Shown piece by piece: positions 17,848-27,900 of a DNA stretch of 61,807 bases (positions are counted from its first letter, which is position 1; every line of letters begins with the position of its first letter). The stretch comes from Patescibacteria group bacterium (GTDB taxonomy: Bacteria; Patescibacteriota; UBA1384; 2-12-FULL-50-11): contig JBBDZM010000009.1 in the NCBI GenBank assembly GCA_040900165.1, forward strand, positions 18,636 to 80,442, read 5' to 3'. Below the pieces are notes generated by a model. The model saw nothing but the letters and a program-made list of their open reading frames with translations. It was not told the DNA's origin and ran no database searches. A program made the translations under genes and the position numbers.

Positions 17848-18273
17848 TCACGGATTCATGACGGCGGTGGCCATTTTATCAGCGTATTCATCGGCTCTTG
17901 AGACTCCCACCTTCTTCAGGATTTGAGCCATGTACAGCCGGAAATATGCCCGGTTCGCCTCGCCATGAATCGATCCCGGCGGAACCACCCCGTAGTAATA
18001 CGGAACCAGCTCCTCACTTGGGACAATGACGGTTAGCTGGTTACGGTCAAGGAAGTCGAGGCACTTGACGGTATCCTCGAGCTTGATACCTAGTGCTGGG
18101 TCACAGAAGAGGGAGACATTAGAGTACTTGTTCGCCTTGACGATGTCGGCCAGCTGCTGCCCTTCCAGGCAGGTGACGATCGTGTCGCCAGATCTAATAA
18201 CCTGCTCCGTCGGGAACACGGGTTCCCCGCAAATCATCATGTTCTGGCTACCCAAGATTGAGTAAATGTTCAT
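17848..18273 (-). CDS. Hypothetical protein
   Basis: ATG 18273 is preceded by ggag. 141 aa, no motif recognised. Confidence 0.5.
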   Translation of the reverse strand: MNIYSILGSQNMMICGEPVFPTEQVIRSGDTIVTCLEGQQLADIVKANKYSNVSLFCDPALGIKLEDTVKCLDFLDRNQLTVIVPSEELVPYYYGVVPPGSIHGEANRAYFRLYMAQILKKVGVSRADEYADKMATAVMNP

Positions 18274-18391
18274 GTGCGTAAACTCCACGTTTGGAAATCT
18301 TATCAAAATATAGCGCAATTGTCACCCCTTACGGTGGAAATTATCACCGCCCAGACAGTGTGGTACTATAATTACTGTTAAGGAGGGAACC

Positions 18392-19504
18392 GTGTGGAAT
18401 AAATTAAACATTTGGATTAAAACTCATAAAAAAGCGGTAATTATTGGCGTGCCGGTTATCTTAATAGTGTTATTTTCCGGGATTGTGTTGATGATTCGCT
18501 ACTTGAACAACTACCAGGATCCAGTGGTTATTACCCACCCTAATACCGAGGAGGAAAAACCGGTACTAGTGGCTAGCTTATTGAACGGGACGTTAGTTGA
18601 TCCGGCGACTGCTAATCGCCACGTTGTCGCCACAATGATTGAGAACTCCCAGGCGGCTCGACCACAGGTCGGCCTAACTAGCGCCGATGTTGTTTACGAA
18701 GCCGTTGCCGAGGGCGGAATTACCCGGTTTATGGCACTCTATCAAACCAAATACCCGGCCAAAGCTGGCCCGGTTCGATCGGCCCGAAGTAACTATATCG
18801 ACTGGCTAAGCGAGTTCGATGCGTTTTATATGCACGCTGGGGGGTCGCCAACGGCGCTAGGCCTAATTAATAGCTATCGGATAAAAGACTACCCCCACAG
18901 TAACGACGGCACCTACTGGCGTGAGCCGACTCCGGGCGTAGCCAGTGAGCATACGTTGTTTGCCAACGTTGCCCTGGTTTATAAAAATGGCGTCAACATA
19001 AAAAAGTGGCCAAAAACGTACAATTTCGATCCCTGGAAGTTTAAAGATCCCGAGCCGACAATAGAGTTGGGCTCAACGCTAACCATCAACTTTTCTTCTG
19101 CGCCATTTGCTGTTAAATGGACGTTTAGCAAAAAAACCAACACCTATAGTCGAGAGATGGCCGGTACCGCTCATAAAGATCGATTAACTGGCAAACAAAT
19201 TACTGCCAAGACAATAATTGTTATGACCGTCAAACGCTCGCCCAACCCACCGTTCGCCAATGGCAAACAATCAGAGTGGACAATGAAGACAATTGGTTCA
19301 GGTAATGCCTCGGTATTTATCGATGGCAAACAGATTAGGGGAACTTGGAAAAAACCATCAAGAAAAGAGCGGACCCGATTTTATGATTCGTCCGATCAAG
19401 AAATTACTCTCAATCGAGGCCAGATTTGGGTCGAGGTAATTCCCGAGACTGGTTCCTACAAATTCACCGCCGAAAAACCTCCAACTACTACCACTAGTAA
19501 CTAG
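18392..19504 (+). CDS. DUF3048-like secreted/membrane-anchored protein
   Basis: GTG start follows aggagg. N-terminal TM anchor. VATMIENSQAARPQVGLTSADVVYEAVAEGGITRFMALY is typical of DUF3048 (YerB-like). Confidence 0.7.
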   Translation: MWNKLNIWIKTHKKAVIIGVPVILIVLFSGIVLMIRYLNNYQDPVVITHPNTEEEKPVLVASLLNGTLVDPATANRHVVATMIENSQAARPQVGLTSADVVYEAVAEGGITRFMALYQTKYPAKAGPVRSARSNYIDWLSEFDAFYMHAGGSPTALGLINSYRIKDYPHSNDGTYWREPTPGVASEHTLFANVALVYKNGVNIKKWPKTYNFDPWKFKDPEPTIELGSTLTINFSSAPFAVKWTFSKKTNTYSREMAGTAHKDRLTGKQITAKTIIVMTVKRSPNPPFANGKQSEWTMKTIGSGNASVFIDGKQIRGTWKKPSRKERTRFYDSSDQEITLNRGQIWVEVIPETGSYKFTAEKPPTTTTSN

Positions 19505-19632
19505 AAAAAGTTGTCATAAAAGTGTGTCGTAGACATTTTTGCTTGGTTCGCCAACGGCGAAAAAATGTCGAGACCCAAGCGGTATGATTCGCTGGAGATC
19601 ATAACCGCGTCTTTTGTGGCAATTTTTTCTAG
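19501..19632 (+). other. 132-nt multi-helix structured element overlapping the DUF3048 stop codon
   Basis: 13-bp closing stem ctagaaaaagttg/caattttttctag with one G-U that pairs only on the plus strand. Internal hairpins gacatttt..ttcgcc-aac-ggcgaa..aaaatgtc and gcggtatgat..atcataaccgc. Confidence 0.5.
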
Positions 19633-19636
19633 TTAC

Positions 19637-19663
19637 AAAAAAGACCTCTGAAGAGGTCTTTTT
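19637..19663. terminator. Bidirectional intrinsic terminator
   Basis: aaaaaa-gacctc-tgaa-gaggtc-ttttt between convergent genes. Confidence 0.75.
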
Positions 19664-19671
19664 CGCGAACG

Positions 19672-20301
19672 TCAATACGTTCGAGCAATTGACAGAACTA
19701 GATTGACATAAGCCATGGAGTGGTTGTAGCGAAGCAGAGCTCCGACAACATTACCGCTGGCCGCACCGTTGGCGGCCAACAGTTTGGCCGCACCAAACAA
19801 ACAGTCTGGAGCGTAAGTTACGTCTTTAATACCGTCGCCGTTTCCGTCAACAGCATAAGCTCGCCAAGTACCAGGCATAAACTGGCATGGGCCAGTTGCC
19901 CCGGCATAGGACCTAACCGATCGATACCAACTTTGACCAGACTCTACTTGCCAAACGGCCTGTAGAACCTTCCAGTCAATTCCGTAAGCAGCGGCGGCTT
20001 TTTTAGCCAACGCTCTCTTACCAGCTGGGCCGGGATCCGCTAAGTAGTGCTGGTAGCTTACCAGCCTAATTTCGACTGGTTTGGCAACTACTTTTTGGGG
20101 CTCCGGCTTAATAACGATTTTCAGGTTAAGCTGTCTACCGGCAACCGAAACAATATTAGAAGTAAAACTATTAAGTTTAACCTCTACATTACTGGTATTC
20201 GATACCGGTTCGTGCGCCTGGGTGATTGTACCAACTGGCAAAACCAAAGGTATCGCCAATAGTAAGACCGAGGCACTTTTAGTGAACTTATTATCTGTCA
20301 A
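19672..20301 (-). CDS. Lytic transglycosylase domain protein, secreted
   Basis: Signal/anchor peptide. GATGPCQFMPGTWRAYAVDGNGDG motif. Confidence 0.8.
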   Translation of the reverse strand: MTDNKFTKSASVLLLAIPLVLPVGTITQAHEPVSNTSNVEVKLNSFTSNIVSVAGRQLNLKIVIKPEPQKVVAKPVEIRLVSYQHYLADPGPAGKRALAKKAAAAYGIDWKVLQAVWQVESGQSWYRSVRSYAGATGPCQFMPGTWRAYAVDGNGDGIKDVTYAPDCLFGAAKLLAANGAASGNVVGALLRYNHSMAYVNLVLSIARTY

Positions 20302-20520
20302 AGTGCTTTTTACCCTCCTTGAGATCCCACTTACGAGATTCCAAAGATTAATATATATTTTCTATCACTCCTTATCTTTTGCCGGTAAAACGGCGCTTCT
20401 CGGTTATGCTTGGGCGTCTGTTACCAGACTGAAAAGCTTCCCGAAAGAAGTTAGGGCATTGTACCGGTTCTGCCATAATTGTCAACCAGTAGGGGATGAT
20501 TTTTCTGTTAGTATTGTCCT

Positions 20521-20853
20521 ATGAATACTTGCCTATTCTGCGACATTGTCTCGGGTAAATTACCGAGCGATAAGGTACTGGAAACCGCCTATTTTATGGC
20601 ATTTAAAGATATCCACCCAAAGGCACCGGTTCATGTGCTGATTGTTCCAAAAAGGCACCTTGAGCGGCCGGAAGAACTACGCGGCGAGGAAATTCACAAC
20701 ATGTTGCTTGGCAGTGAGGAAATCGCTCAAATTCTCGGTGTCAAAGAGAGCGGCTACCGATTGCTGTTTAATGTTGGTAAGCACGCCGGCCAAGAGATTG
20801 ATCACGTCCATCTCCACCTGATTGGCGGCAAACCCGCTGGGGCAATGTATTAA
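20521..20853 (+). CDS. HIT family (histidine triad) protein
   Basis: CLFCDIV..., HVHLHLIGG triad. Confidence 0.9.
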   Translation: MNTCLFCDIVSGKLPSDKVLETAYFMAFKDIHPKAPVHVLIVPKRHLERPEELRGEEIHNMLLGSEEIAQILGVKESGYRLLFNVGKHAGQEIDHVHLHLIGGKPAGAMY

Positions 20854-20937
20854 ACGCCTAGTGCATCCGAAACACCTGAGCGTTGCCGGTTAGATTAGTC
20901 CTTAACAACTACCAATTATTTTGCTAAAATTTCCTTA

Positions 20938-21135
20938 ATGTCTGAATCAGATCGCCGAGAACGAAGCTCATCGCCAGAGGTGCAACTGCGCCGATTTTTC
21001 CGCGAGGTTCAGCAATCAGATCTGATGACCGAAATTAAGCGCCGCCGTTACTTCGAAAAGAAACCGTCTCGCAACGCCCGCCGCAGCTCCGCCCACGGCA
21101 AAGAAATTCGCCGTCAAGAAAAACGGGGCTACTAA
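20938..21135 (+). CDS. rpsU: 30S ribosomal protein S21
   Basis: LRRFFREV....IKRRRYFEKKPSRNARR pattern, highly basic, followed by yqeY as in many bacteria. Confidence 0.8.
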   Translation: MSESDRRERSSSPEVQLRRFFREVQQSDLMTEIKRRRYFEKKPSRNARRSSAHGKEIRRQEKRGY

Positions 21136-21599
21136 TGACCCTTCTGCAACGAATCGAGGATGATTTGTTGGCAGCAGTTAAAGCCCAAGAACCTTTAGCC
21201 CGCGATGTTTTGCGTGGCGTCAAAAGCTCGTTAAAGAATCTGGCGATTGAGATTGCCAAAGCCGATTTATCGGAGGAACAAGTTGAGGGTGTTATCGCCA
21301 AGGAAGTAAAGCGTCGCAAAGAATCGATCGAGGCCTATATCAACGCCGGCCGCCAAGAGCTGGTCGAAATTGAGCAAAACGAGCTAAAAGTCCTGGAGAA
21401 ATACCTTCCGGAACAGCTCGACATCAAAGATGTTGAGAAAATTATTGATTCGGTGATTGCCGAATTGGGCAAAGCTGCTAATACCGGCAACGTTATGGGC
21501 AAACTTAGCGGCTTATTTAAGGGTAAGGCCGATATGGGACAGATTGCCAAACTTGTTAACGAAAAACTCTCTCGAATCAGCCACGAGCTCAACAAGTAA
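21135..21599 (+). CDS. GatB/YqeY domain protein
   Basis: LLQRIEDDLLAAVKAQEPLARDVLRGVKSSLKN. ATG overlaps the rpsU stop. Confidence 0.8.
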   Translation: MTLLQRIEDDLLAAVKAQEPLARDVLRGVKSSLKNLAIEIAKADLSEEQVEGVIAKEVKRRKESIEAYINAGRQELVEIEQNELKVLEKYLPEQLDIKDVEKIIDSVIAELGKAANTGNVMGKLSGLFKGKADMGQIAKLVNEKLSRISHELNK

Positions 21600-21622
21600 A
21601 TGGGTTATTTAGAGGACTAAAT

Positions 21623-21991
21623 ATGGCCCAGTTGGTGGTTAGCTTTACCAATCAAACGAATTTTACCGTCAATAAAAAATCCCTCATCCAATCGCTCGAA
21701 CTTATCTTGCTACGCCTTAACCACCTTGGTAGAGTAAATATTGAGTTGTTATTGGTGGGGGATGAAAAAATCAAGCTTTTAAATAAAAAATTTAGAGATA
21801 TGGACAAGGTTACCGACGTACTAAGCTTTTCAAGTAATGAACCGCCGGCCCAGGATTTTTATGGTTCGATTGTCATATCTGCCAACACCGCCAATAGACA
21901 AGCCAAACAGGCCGGAATTAACCCCCAAAGCGAGATTAACACCTTAGCCGGGCACGGATTACTCCATCTGCTTGGCTATAATCATTCCTGA
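21623..21991 (+). CDS. ybeY: rRNA maturation endoribonuclease YbeY
   Basis: HGLLHLLGYNH zinc-binding motif. Confidence 0.85.
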   Translation: MAQLVVSFTNQTNFTVNKKSLIQSLELILLRLNHLGRVNIELLLVGDEKIKLLNKKFRDMDKVTDVLSFSSNEPPAQDFYGSIVISANTANRQAKQAGINPQSEINTLAGHGLLHLLGYNHS

Positions 21992-22013
21992 TGAATAGCG
22001 GAGGGTGCTGGTA

Positions 22014-23252
22014 ATGGCTAAGGATCAATACTTCGTTGGTATTGACGTTGGCAGCTCAAAAATCGTTGTTTGTGTGGCGACTGTTCACGATAACGAAACC
22101 CAAATTATTGCCTTGTCGTCCATCGGTCATAACGGTGTTCGCAAGGGAGTGGTTAGCGATATCGAGGAAACCGTTAGCGCCTTATCGCACGGTTTAGAGG
22201 AGGCCGAAAGGATCGTCGGCTCGCCACTAACCCACGCCTATATCTCGATTAGTGGAGCTTCCATTGAGGCGATTCCGGCCCGGGGAGTTATCGCCGTCTC
22301 TAAGCCAACTGGCGAAATTGACACCAACGACGTCGCCCGGGTAATCGACGCCGCTCGGGCATCAACCCTGCCTCAGAACCGCGAACTCGTTCATCTTTTC
22401 CCCATCCAATATTTAATCGACGGACAGATTCAAGAACGAGACCCAGTCGGAATGAATGGGGTTCGCTTGGAAGTCGATTCCTTAGTAATTAGCTCCACGG
22501 CTGCCGCCATGCGCAACCTAACCAAAACCGTTTTTCAGTCGGGCATTGAGATCGACGGCGTGGTTTACGGACCGTTGGCCACTGCCCTTGCCCTAACCAC
22601 CAAAAAACAGCGGGAGAACGGGGTGGTGGTGGTAGATATTGGTGCCGGCTCAACTGATATGGCCGTTTACGAGGAAAGCCAGCTAATTCACGTTGCTTCG
22701 ATTCCAATTGGTTCAAACCATATTACTAACGATATCGCCATCGGTCTGCGAACCAATTTGGATATCGCCGAGGCGATCAAAGTTAAATACGGCCACGCCC
22801 AACCGGACAAAACCCGTGACGGCGAACAGATCAATCTGTCGGCATTTGATCCGGCTGAAACCGAGCGTATTTCCCGTAAGCACGTTTCGGAAATTATCGA
22901 GGCTAGAACTAGCGAAATTTTTCATTTAATCAAAGAAGAGCTGCAGAAGGTTGGCAAAGATGGACTATTGCCGGCCGGTGTGATATTTACAGGAGGTGGA
23001 AGCGATCTTGAGGGCATCACTGAGGCTGCCAAAGAAACGCTTCGATTACCAGCATCGATTGGGTACCCAGTTGTTCCACTTTCGGGAATGATTGACAAGA
23101 TCGATAGTCCGATATACGCTACCAGCGTCGGACTGGTACTCTGGGCAGTAGAGGCAGCCGGAGATAAAAGCGCACCTTGGCGGCTCGATATCGGTAAATT
23201 TGGGGGGGTAGTTGACCGTTTTCGGGGTATTTTTAAGAATTTTACAAACTAA
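22014..23252 (+). CDS. ftsA: Cell division protein FtsA
   Basis: YFVGIDVGSSKIVV, VVDIGAGSTDMAVY. ATG 22014 follows ggaggg. Confidence 0.9.
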   Translation: MAKDQYFVGIDVGSSKIVVCVATVHDNETQIIALSSIGHNGVRKGVVSDIEETVSALSHGLEEAERIVGSPLTHAYISISGASIEAIPARGVIAVSKPTGEIDTNDVARVIDAARASTLPQNRELVHLFPIQYLIDGQIQERDPVGMNGVRLEVDSLVISSTAAAMRNLTKTVFQSGIEIDGVVYGPLATALALTTKKQRENGVVVVDIGAGSTDMAVYEESQLIHVASIPIGSNHITNDIAIGLRTNLDIAEAIKVKYGHAQPDKTRDGEQINLSAFDPAETERISRKHVSEIIEARTSEIFHLIKEELQKVGKDGLLPAGVIFTGGGSDLEGITEAAKETLRLPASIGYPVVPLSGMIDKIDSPIYATSVGLVLWAVEAAGDKSAPWRLDIGKFGGVVDRFRGIFKNFTN

Positions 23253-23261
23253 CCTAAGTTT

Positions 23262-24491
23262 ATGGATAGGGAAACATTAGACACTTTTGCAAATATTAAA
23301 GTTTGTGGTGTAGGCGGTTCCGGTGGGAACGCTATTGCCAGAATGATAGCCGCTCGCGTACGAGGGGTTGAGTTTATTGCGATCAATACTGATGCCCAGG
23401 CGCTAATGAATAACGCCGCGCCGGTTAAGGTGCAGATCGGTAAAGATACTACCCGCGGCCTTGGTGCCGGCGCCGACATTGAGGTTGGCCGTAAGAGTGC
23501 CGAAGAAAATAAAGATGAAATTTACGAGGTCCTGAAAGGGGCCGATATGGTTTTTGTAACTTTTGGCGCTGGTGGCGGTACCGGTACGGGCGCCGCACCA
23601 TTAGTTGCCCAAATCGCTCGGGAGCTGGGAGCCCTGACTGTTGGTGTCGTTACCAAACCGTTTAGCTTTGAGGGTTTGCGCCGCAAAAAGATGGCCGATA
23701 TCGGCATCGAGGAGCTGCGCGACAAAGTTGATACTTTAATTACAATCCCCAACGACCGGCTATTGCAGGTAATCGACAAAAAAACTTCTCTGCCCGATGC
23801 CTTTGGTATCGTTGACGATATTTTGCGCCAAGGCGTTCAAGGAATCTCCGACTTAATTGTGATCCCCGGCATTATTAACGTTGACTTTGCCGACGTCCGA
23901 ACAATTATGCAAGATGCTGGGTCGGCGCTGATGGGTATCGGCCGCGCCTCCGGTGAAAACCGGGCGATTGAGGCCGCCCGCCAAGCGATCGATTCACCGT
24001 TGCTGGAGCTATCAATCGACGGTGCCATGGGTATTCTTTACAACATCACTGGTGGGCCGGATATGACAATGTACGAAGTCGAAGAGGCCTCCAAGGCTAT
24101 TACCGAAGCGGCTCATCCAGAGGCCAATATTATCTTTGGCGCCATGGTAGATGATGCGATGAGCGGGGAGATTAAGATTACCGTTATTGCCACCGGTTTT
24201 GAGACCGAAACACCAAAGCCCCAAACCAAGCGTCGAGCTCAAGGAGAATCACTTGGCTACGGTTTCAATCAAGGCCAGAGTGAGCCGATTGGGTCGCCAT
24301 CCGTCTCAAATATTCCATTTTTTGGCTCCTCTCAACCAGCTAAACCAAGTTTCGGCGATGATTATGACTCCGACGGTAGGGAGCACCGCCGCGAACGACC
24401 AATCCCACCGAAAGAGGAAGAAACTAAAAAAGAAGACGACGACAAAGACGAGCTCGACGTCCCGGCGTTCATACGACGGAAGTTGCGTTAG
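23262..24491 (+). CDS. ftsZ: Cell division protein FtsZ
   Basis: [22 protein letters not shown] tubulin signature, C-terminal DVPAFIRRK peptide. Confidence 0.97.
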   Translation: MDRETLDTFANIKVCGVGGSGGNAIARMIAARVRGVEFIAINTDAQALMNNAAPVKVQIGKDTTRGLGAGADIEVGRKSAEENKDEIYEVLKGADMVFVTFGAGGGTGTGAAPLVAQIARELGALTVGVVTKPFSFEGLRRKKMADIGIEELRDKVDTLITIPNDRLLQVIDKKTSLPDAFGIVDDILRQGVQGISDLIVIPGIINVDFADVRTIMQDAGSALMGIGRASGENRAIEAARQAIDSPLLELSIDGAMGILYNITGGPDMTMYEVEEASKAITEAAHPEANIIFGAMVDDAMSGEIKITVIATGFETETPKPQTKRRAQGESLGYGFNQGQSEPIGSPSVSNIPFFGSSQPAKPSFGDDYDSDGREHRRERPIPPKEEETKKEDDDKDELDVPAFIRRKLR

Positions 24492-24561
24492 CAACTGTAG
24501 GAGTACGACCACAGGAAGATCCGTAGGAAATTACGCTAAATATTATCATTATATTGGGATT

Positions 24562-24834
24562 GGCAATTTCTCTTTTGTGAGGGTGAGGGCATACCCTCCG
24601 CTTCGCTCCGGTATAGCTCCCTCACTGACGTTCGGTCGCTATAGCAACTGGGACGTTGCTTAGTGTCCGTTTCTAGGACACTATCAGAGTTAGCACCTAC
24701 TGCGAGCAAGTTTCTACTTGCGAGAAGTGAAGCGACAGCGTAAACACCCTCACACTCCCTACCCCGGCACGCTGCCCCAGGCGGGTGGTGAAAATTAACT
24801 CGCTGACCTGGGAGGCGTCCTAGGTCATGGCTCA
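24562..24834 (-). repeat. Structured repeat element, copy B (inverted relative to copy A, with an extra multi-hairpin insert)
   Basis: The core 24762-24833 matches copy A in reverse complement. The outer stem is gtgagggtg/caccctcac. The internal array of short hairpins (24644-24659, 24663-24681, 24706-24721) is separated by ta/tata linkers and is absent from copy A. Confidence 0.6.
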
Positions 24835-24862
24835 TTAATTTTCGATTAATATGTAGGCATAT

Positions 24863-24891
24863 TTGTTCGGGTATAGTTTGGTATATATAGT
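24863..24891 (+). promoter_or_regulatory. Candidate nrdJ promoter overlapping a GTTC-N7-GTTT half-degenerate box
   Basis: TTGTTC 24863-24868, 17-nt spacer, TATAGT 24886-24891. GTTCgggtataGTTT at 24865-24879. A TTGACA at 24893-24898 has no well-spaced -10. Confidence 0.3.
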
Positions 24892-24958
24892 CTTGACACA
24901 GTACGGTTTTAATATGCTAGGGTGATTGAAGGAACCATAAAAAATAACGGGAGGTGCA

Positions 24959-27900
24959 ATGGCAAAATCAAAGGATAGCGGTAGGAATATTTCGGACATT
25001 GCCTTAAAACCCGTTGAAATTTCCGTTAATTTACCCACTGATAGAAATGATAAATCATCAAAAAAGACCGGCCTAAAAGTATCTCGCCGTTTCACCAAGC
25101 CCGGTCAGGATGTGTTTGCTTCCGTGGAGTGGGATACTCGCGACTCAATTATCTCGGACGAAAAAGGTAATATTATTTCGCAAATCACCGGTATCGAAGT
25201 ACCAAAAACTTGGACCCAACTAGCCACCGATATTGTTTCCTATAAATATTTCCGCAAAGCCGGTCTGCCAACCAAAGAAGGCCGAGAAACATCCGTCAGA
25301 CAGCCAATTATTCGCATTAGTAAAACCATGGCCGACTTCGGGGAAAAGTTCGGTTACTTTGCCTCCAAAGCCGAGCGGGAGACCTTTGAGACCGAGTTGA
25401 TGTATATATTGCTTCACCAGCGCGCCGCCTTCAACTCGCCAGTTTGGTTTAACTGCGGCCTTTATCATCAATACGGCATTAAAGGTAGTGGGGGATCGTT
25501 CTACTGGAATTTTAAAGAAAATAAGGTTCTAGAGTCCGAATCTGCTTACCGCAACCCTCAATGTTCCGCTTGTTTTATTTTATCGGTCACCGATACCTTG
25601 CCAGGGATTTTTGAGTTAGTAAAAACCGAAGCCCACATCTTTAAATACGGCTCTGGCTCCGGCGCTAACTTTTCGCCGCTACGCAGTCGATACGAAAAAC
25701 TCTCGGGCGGTGGTTACTCCAGTGGGCTATTAAGCTTCTTGCGAGTATTCGATCGGGCCGCCGGTGCTACTAAATCTGGTGGAACAACCAGGCGGGCCGC
25801 TAAAATGGTCGTTGTCGACATTGAGCACCCAGAGATTGAAGACTTTATTGATTGGAAAGTTAACGAAGAGAAAAAAGCCCTGGCCTTAATCGAAGCTGGC
25901 TATGAATCGGACTTTAACGGCGATGCTTACAGTACGGTTTCCGGTCAAAATGCCAACAACTCCGTTCGGGTAACCGACGACTTTATGAAAGCGGTGGAGA
26001 ACGACGGCGAGTGGCAGACCCGTTTTGCCACCAGCGGCGAGCCATACAAGACATACAAAGCCCGGGATTTAATGGATAAAATTGCCCAGGCCGCTTGGAA
26101 ATGCGCCGACCCAGGGCTGCAGTTTGATACCACTATCAACGACTGGCACACTAGTCCAAATACCGATCGAATCTACGCCTCCAACCCTTGCTCGGAGTAT
26201 ATGTTTCTCAACGACTCGGCCTGTAACTTGGCGTCGATCAATTTGGCGAAATTTATTAAGGACGACGGCTCATTTGATATCGCTGGCTATCGCCACGCCT
26301 GCCGGATAATGTTTATTGCCCAGGAAATTGCCGTCGATCTATCCAGCTACCCAACTAATGTAATCGCCAAAAATAGCCACGATTACCGACCGCTTGGATT
26401 GGGTTACGCTAACCTAGGGACGCTGTTAATGCTCCAGGGCGTTCCTTATGACTCGCCAGAGGGCTTTGCCATCGGTGGGGCCTTAACGGCCATTATGACT
26501 GGTCACGCCTATAAAACTTCTGCCGAGATGGCCGCCGTTAAGGGGCCCTTTGAAGGATTCGCTAAAAATCGAGCACCGATGCTTAATGTGATGCGCAAAC
26601 ACCGCTCGGCTGCTTACCGAATTAGCGAAAAGCACTGTCCCACCGACATCTTAGATGCCGCTCACCAGGACTGGGACGAAGCGGTGGCACTGGGAGAACA
26701 GTTTGGCTATCGCAATAGCCAGGCAACGGTGATTGCTCCAACCGGCACGATTGGCCTACTAATGGACTGCGACACGACTGGTGTCGAGCCGGACTTTGCC
26801 CTGGTTAAATTTAAAAAATTAGCTGGTGGTGGATCGATGAAAATCGTTAACAACGCCGTACCAAAAGCACTGGAGAATCTTGGGTACAGCCCATTAGAAC
26901 AACAGGCGATTATCGATTACGCCATCGGTACCGGTACGCTCAACGGCTCAACACCAATTAACGCCGAGAGTTTAAAGGATAAGGGATTAACCCAAGAGGA
27001 GATCGCCAAGCTCGAGAAAACCCTGCCAACAATGTTCGATATCAACTACGCCTTCAATCGAACGGTAATCGACAGTAATCTTTTTGAGAGATTGGGGGTT
27101 ACCAGTGAACAAGAAAACAAGCCGACGTTCTCGCTCCTAAAAAAACTCGGTTTCAGCCAGACAGATATCAATCAAAGCAACGAGATAATCTGTGGCACCC
27201 AAATGCTGGAGGGCGCACCGCATCTCAAAGAAGAACACTACCCAGTCTTTGACTGCGCCAATCGCTGCGGGCCAAACGGCAAGCGTTTTATCCGACCAAT
27301 GGGACACGTCCAGATGATGGCGGCCGTTCAGCCGTTTATTTCTGGTGCAATCTCCAAAACTATTAATATGCCTAACGAGGCAACAGTTGAGGATGTTAAG
27401 GAAGTTTACATTGAGTCATGGAAGCTTGGTATTAAGGCATTAGCTTTGTATCGAGACGGCTCAAAATCTAGCCAGCCACTCAATACCAAGCGCCAAGACG
27501 AAGCAGACGAGCTGGAGGTTAAAAAAGAACAAGTGATCGTCTACAAGCCTCGCCGGCGTCGTCTTAACGACGAGCGCCAAGCACTCACTCATAAATTCAG
27601 TATCGCTGGCCACGAGGGCTATATTACCACCGGTCTGTACGACGACGGGATGCCCGGAGAGATATTCATTACCATGGCCAAGCAAGGGAGCGTTATCTCC
27701 GGCTTAATGGATGCTTTCGCTACCTCGATATCGATTTCTCTCCAATACGGTGTACCGCTCAGTGTGGTTGTTAGAAAATTTGCCAATAGCCGCTTTGAGC
27801 CGTATGGCTTTACCTCCAACCCACAGATTAGGATTGCTAAGTCGATCGTTGATTACCTAGCTCGCTACCTGGGGCTAAAATTCCTATCGCCGGGGGAACT

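Noticed and set aside
24536-24835. 99-aa minus-strand ORF and the 158-aa plus-strand ORF 24187-24663 in the ftsZ-nrdJ gap
   Set aside because: The translations are Arg/Gly/Cys/Ser-rich and non-protein-like. They lack start context and coincide with the structured repeat (copy B) or with an alternative frame of the ftsZ 3' end.
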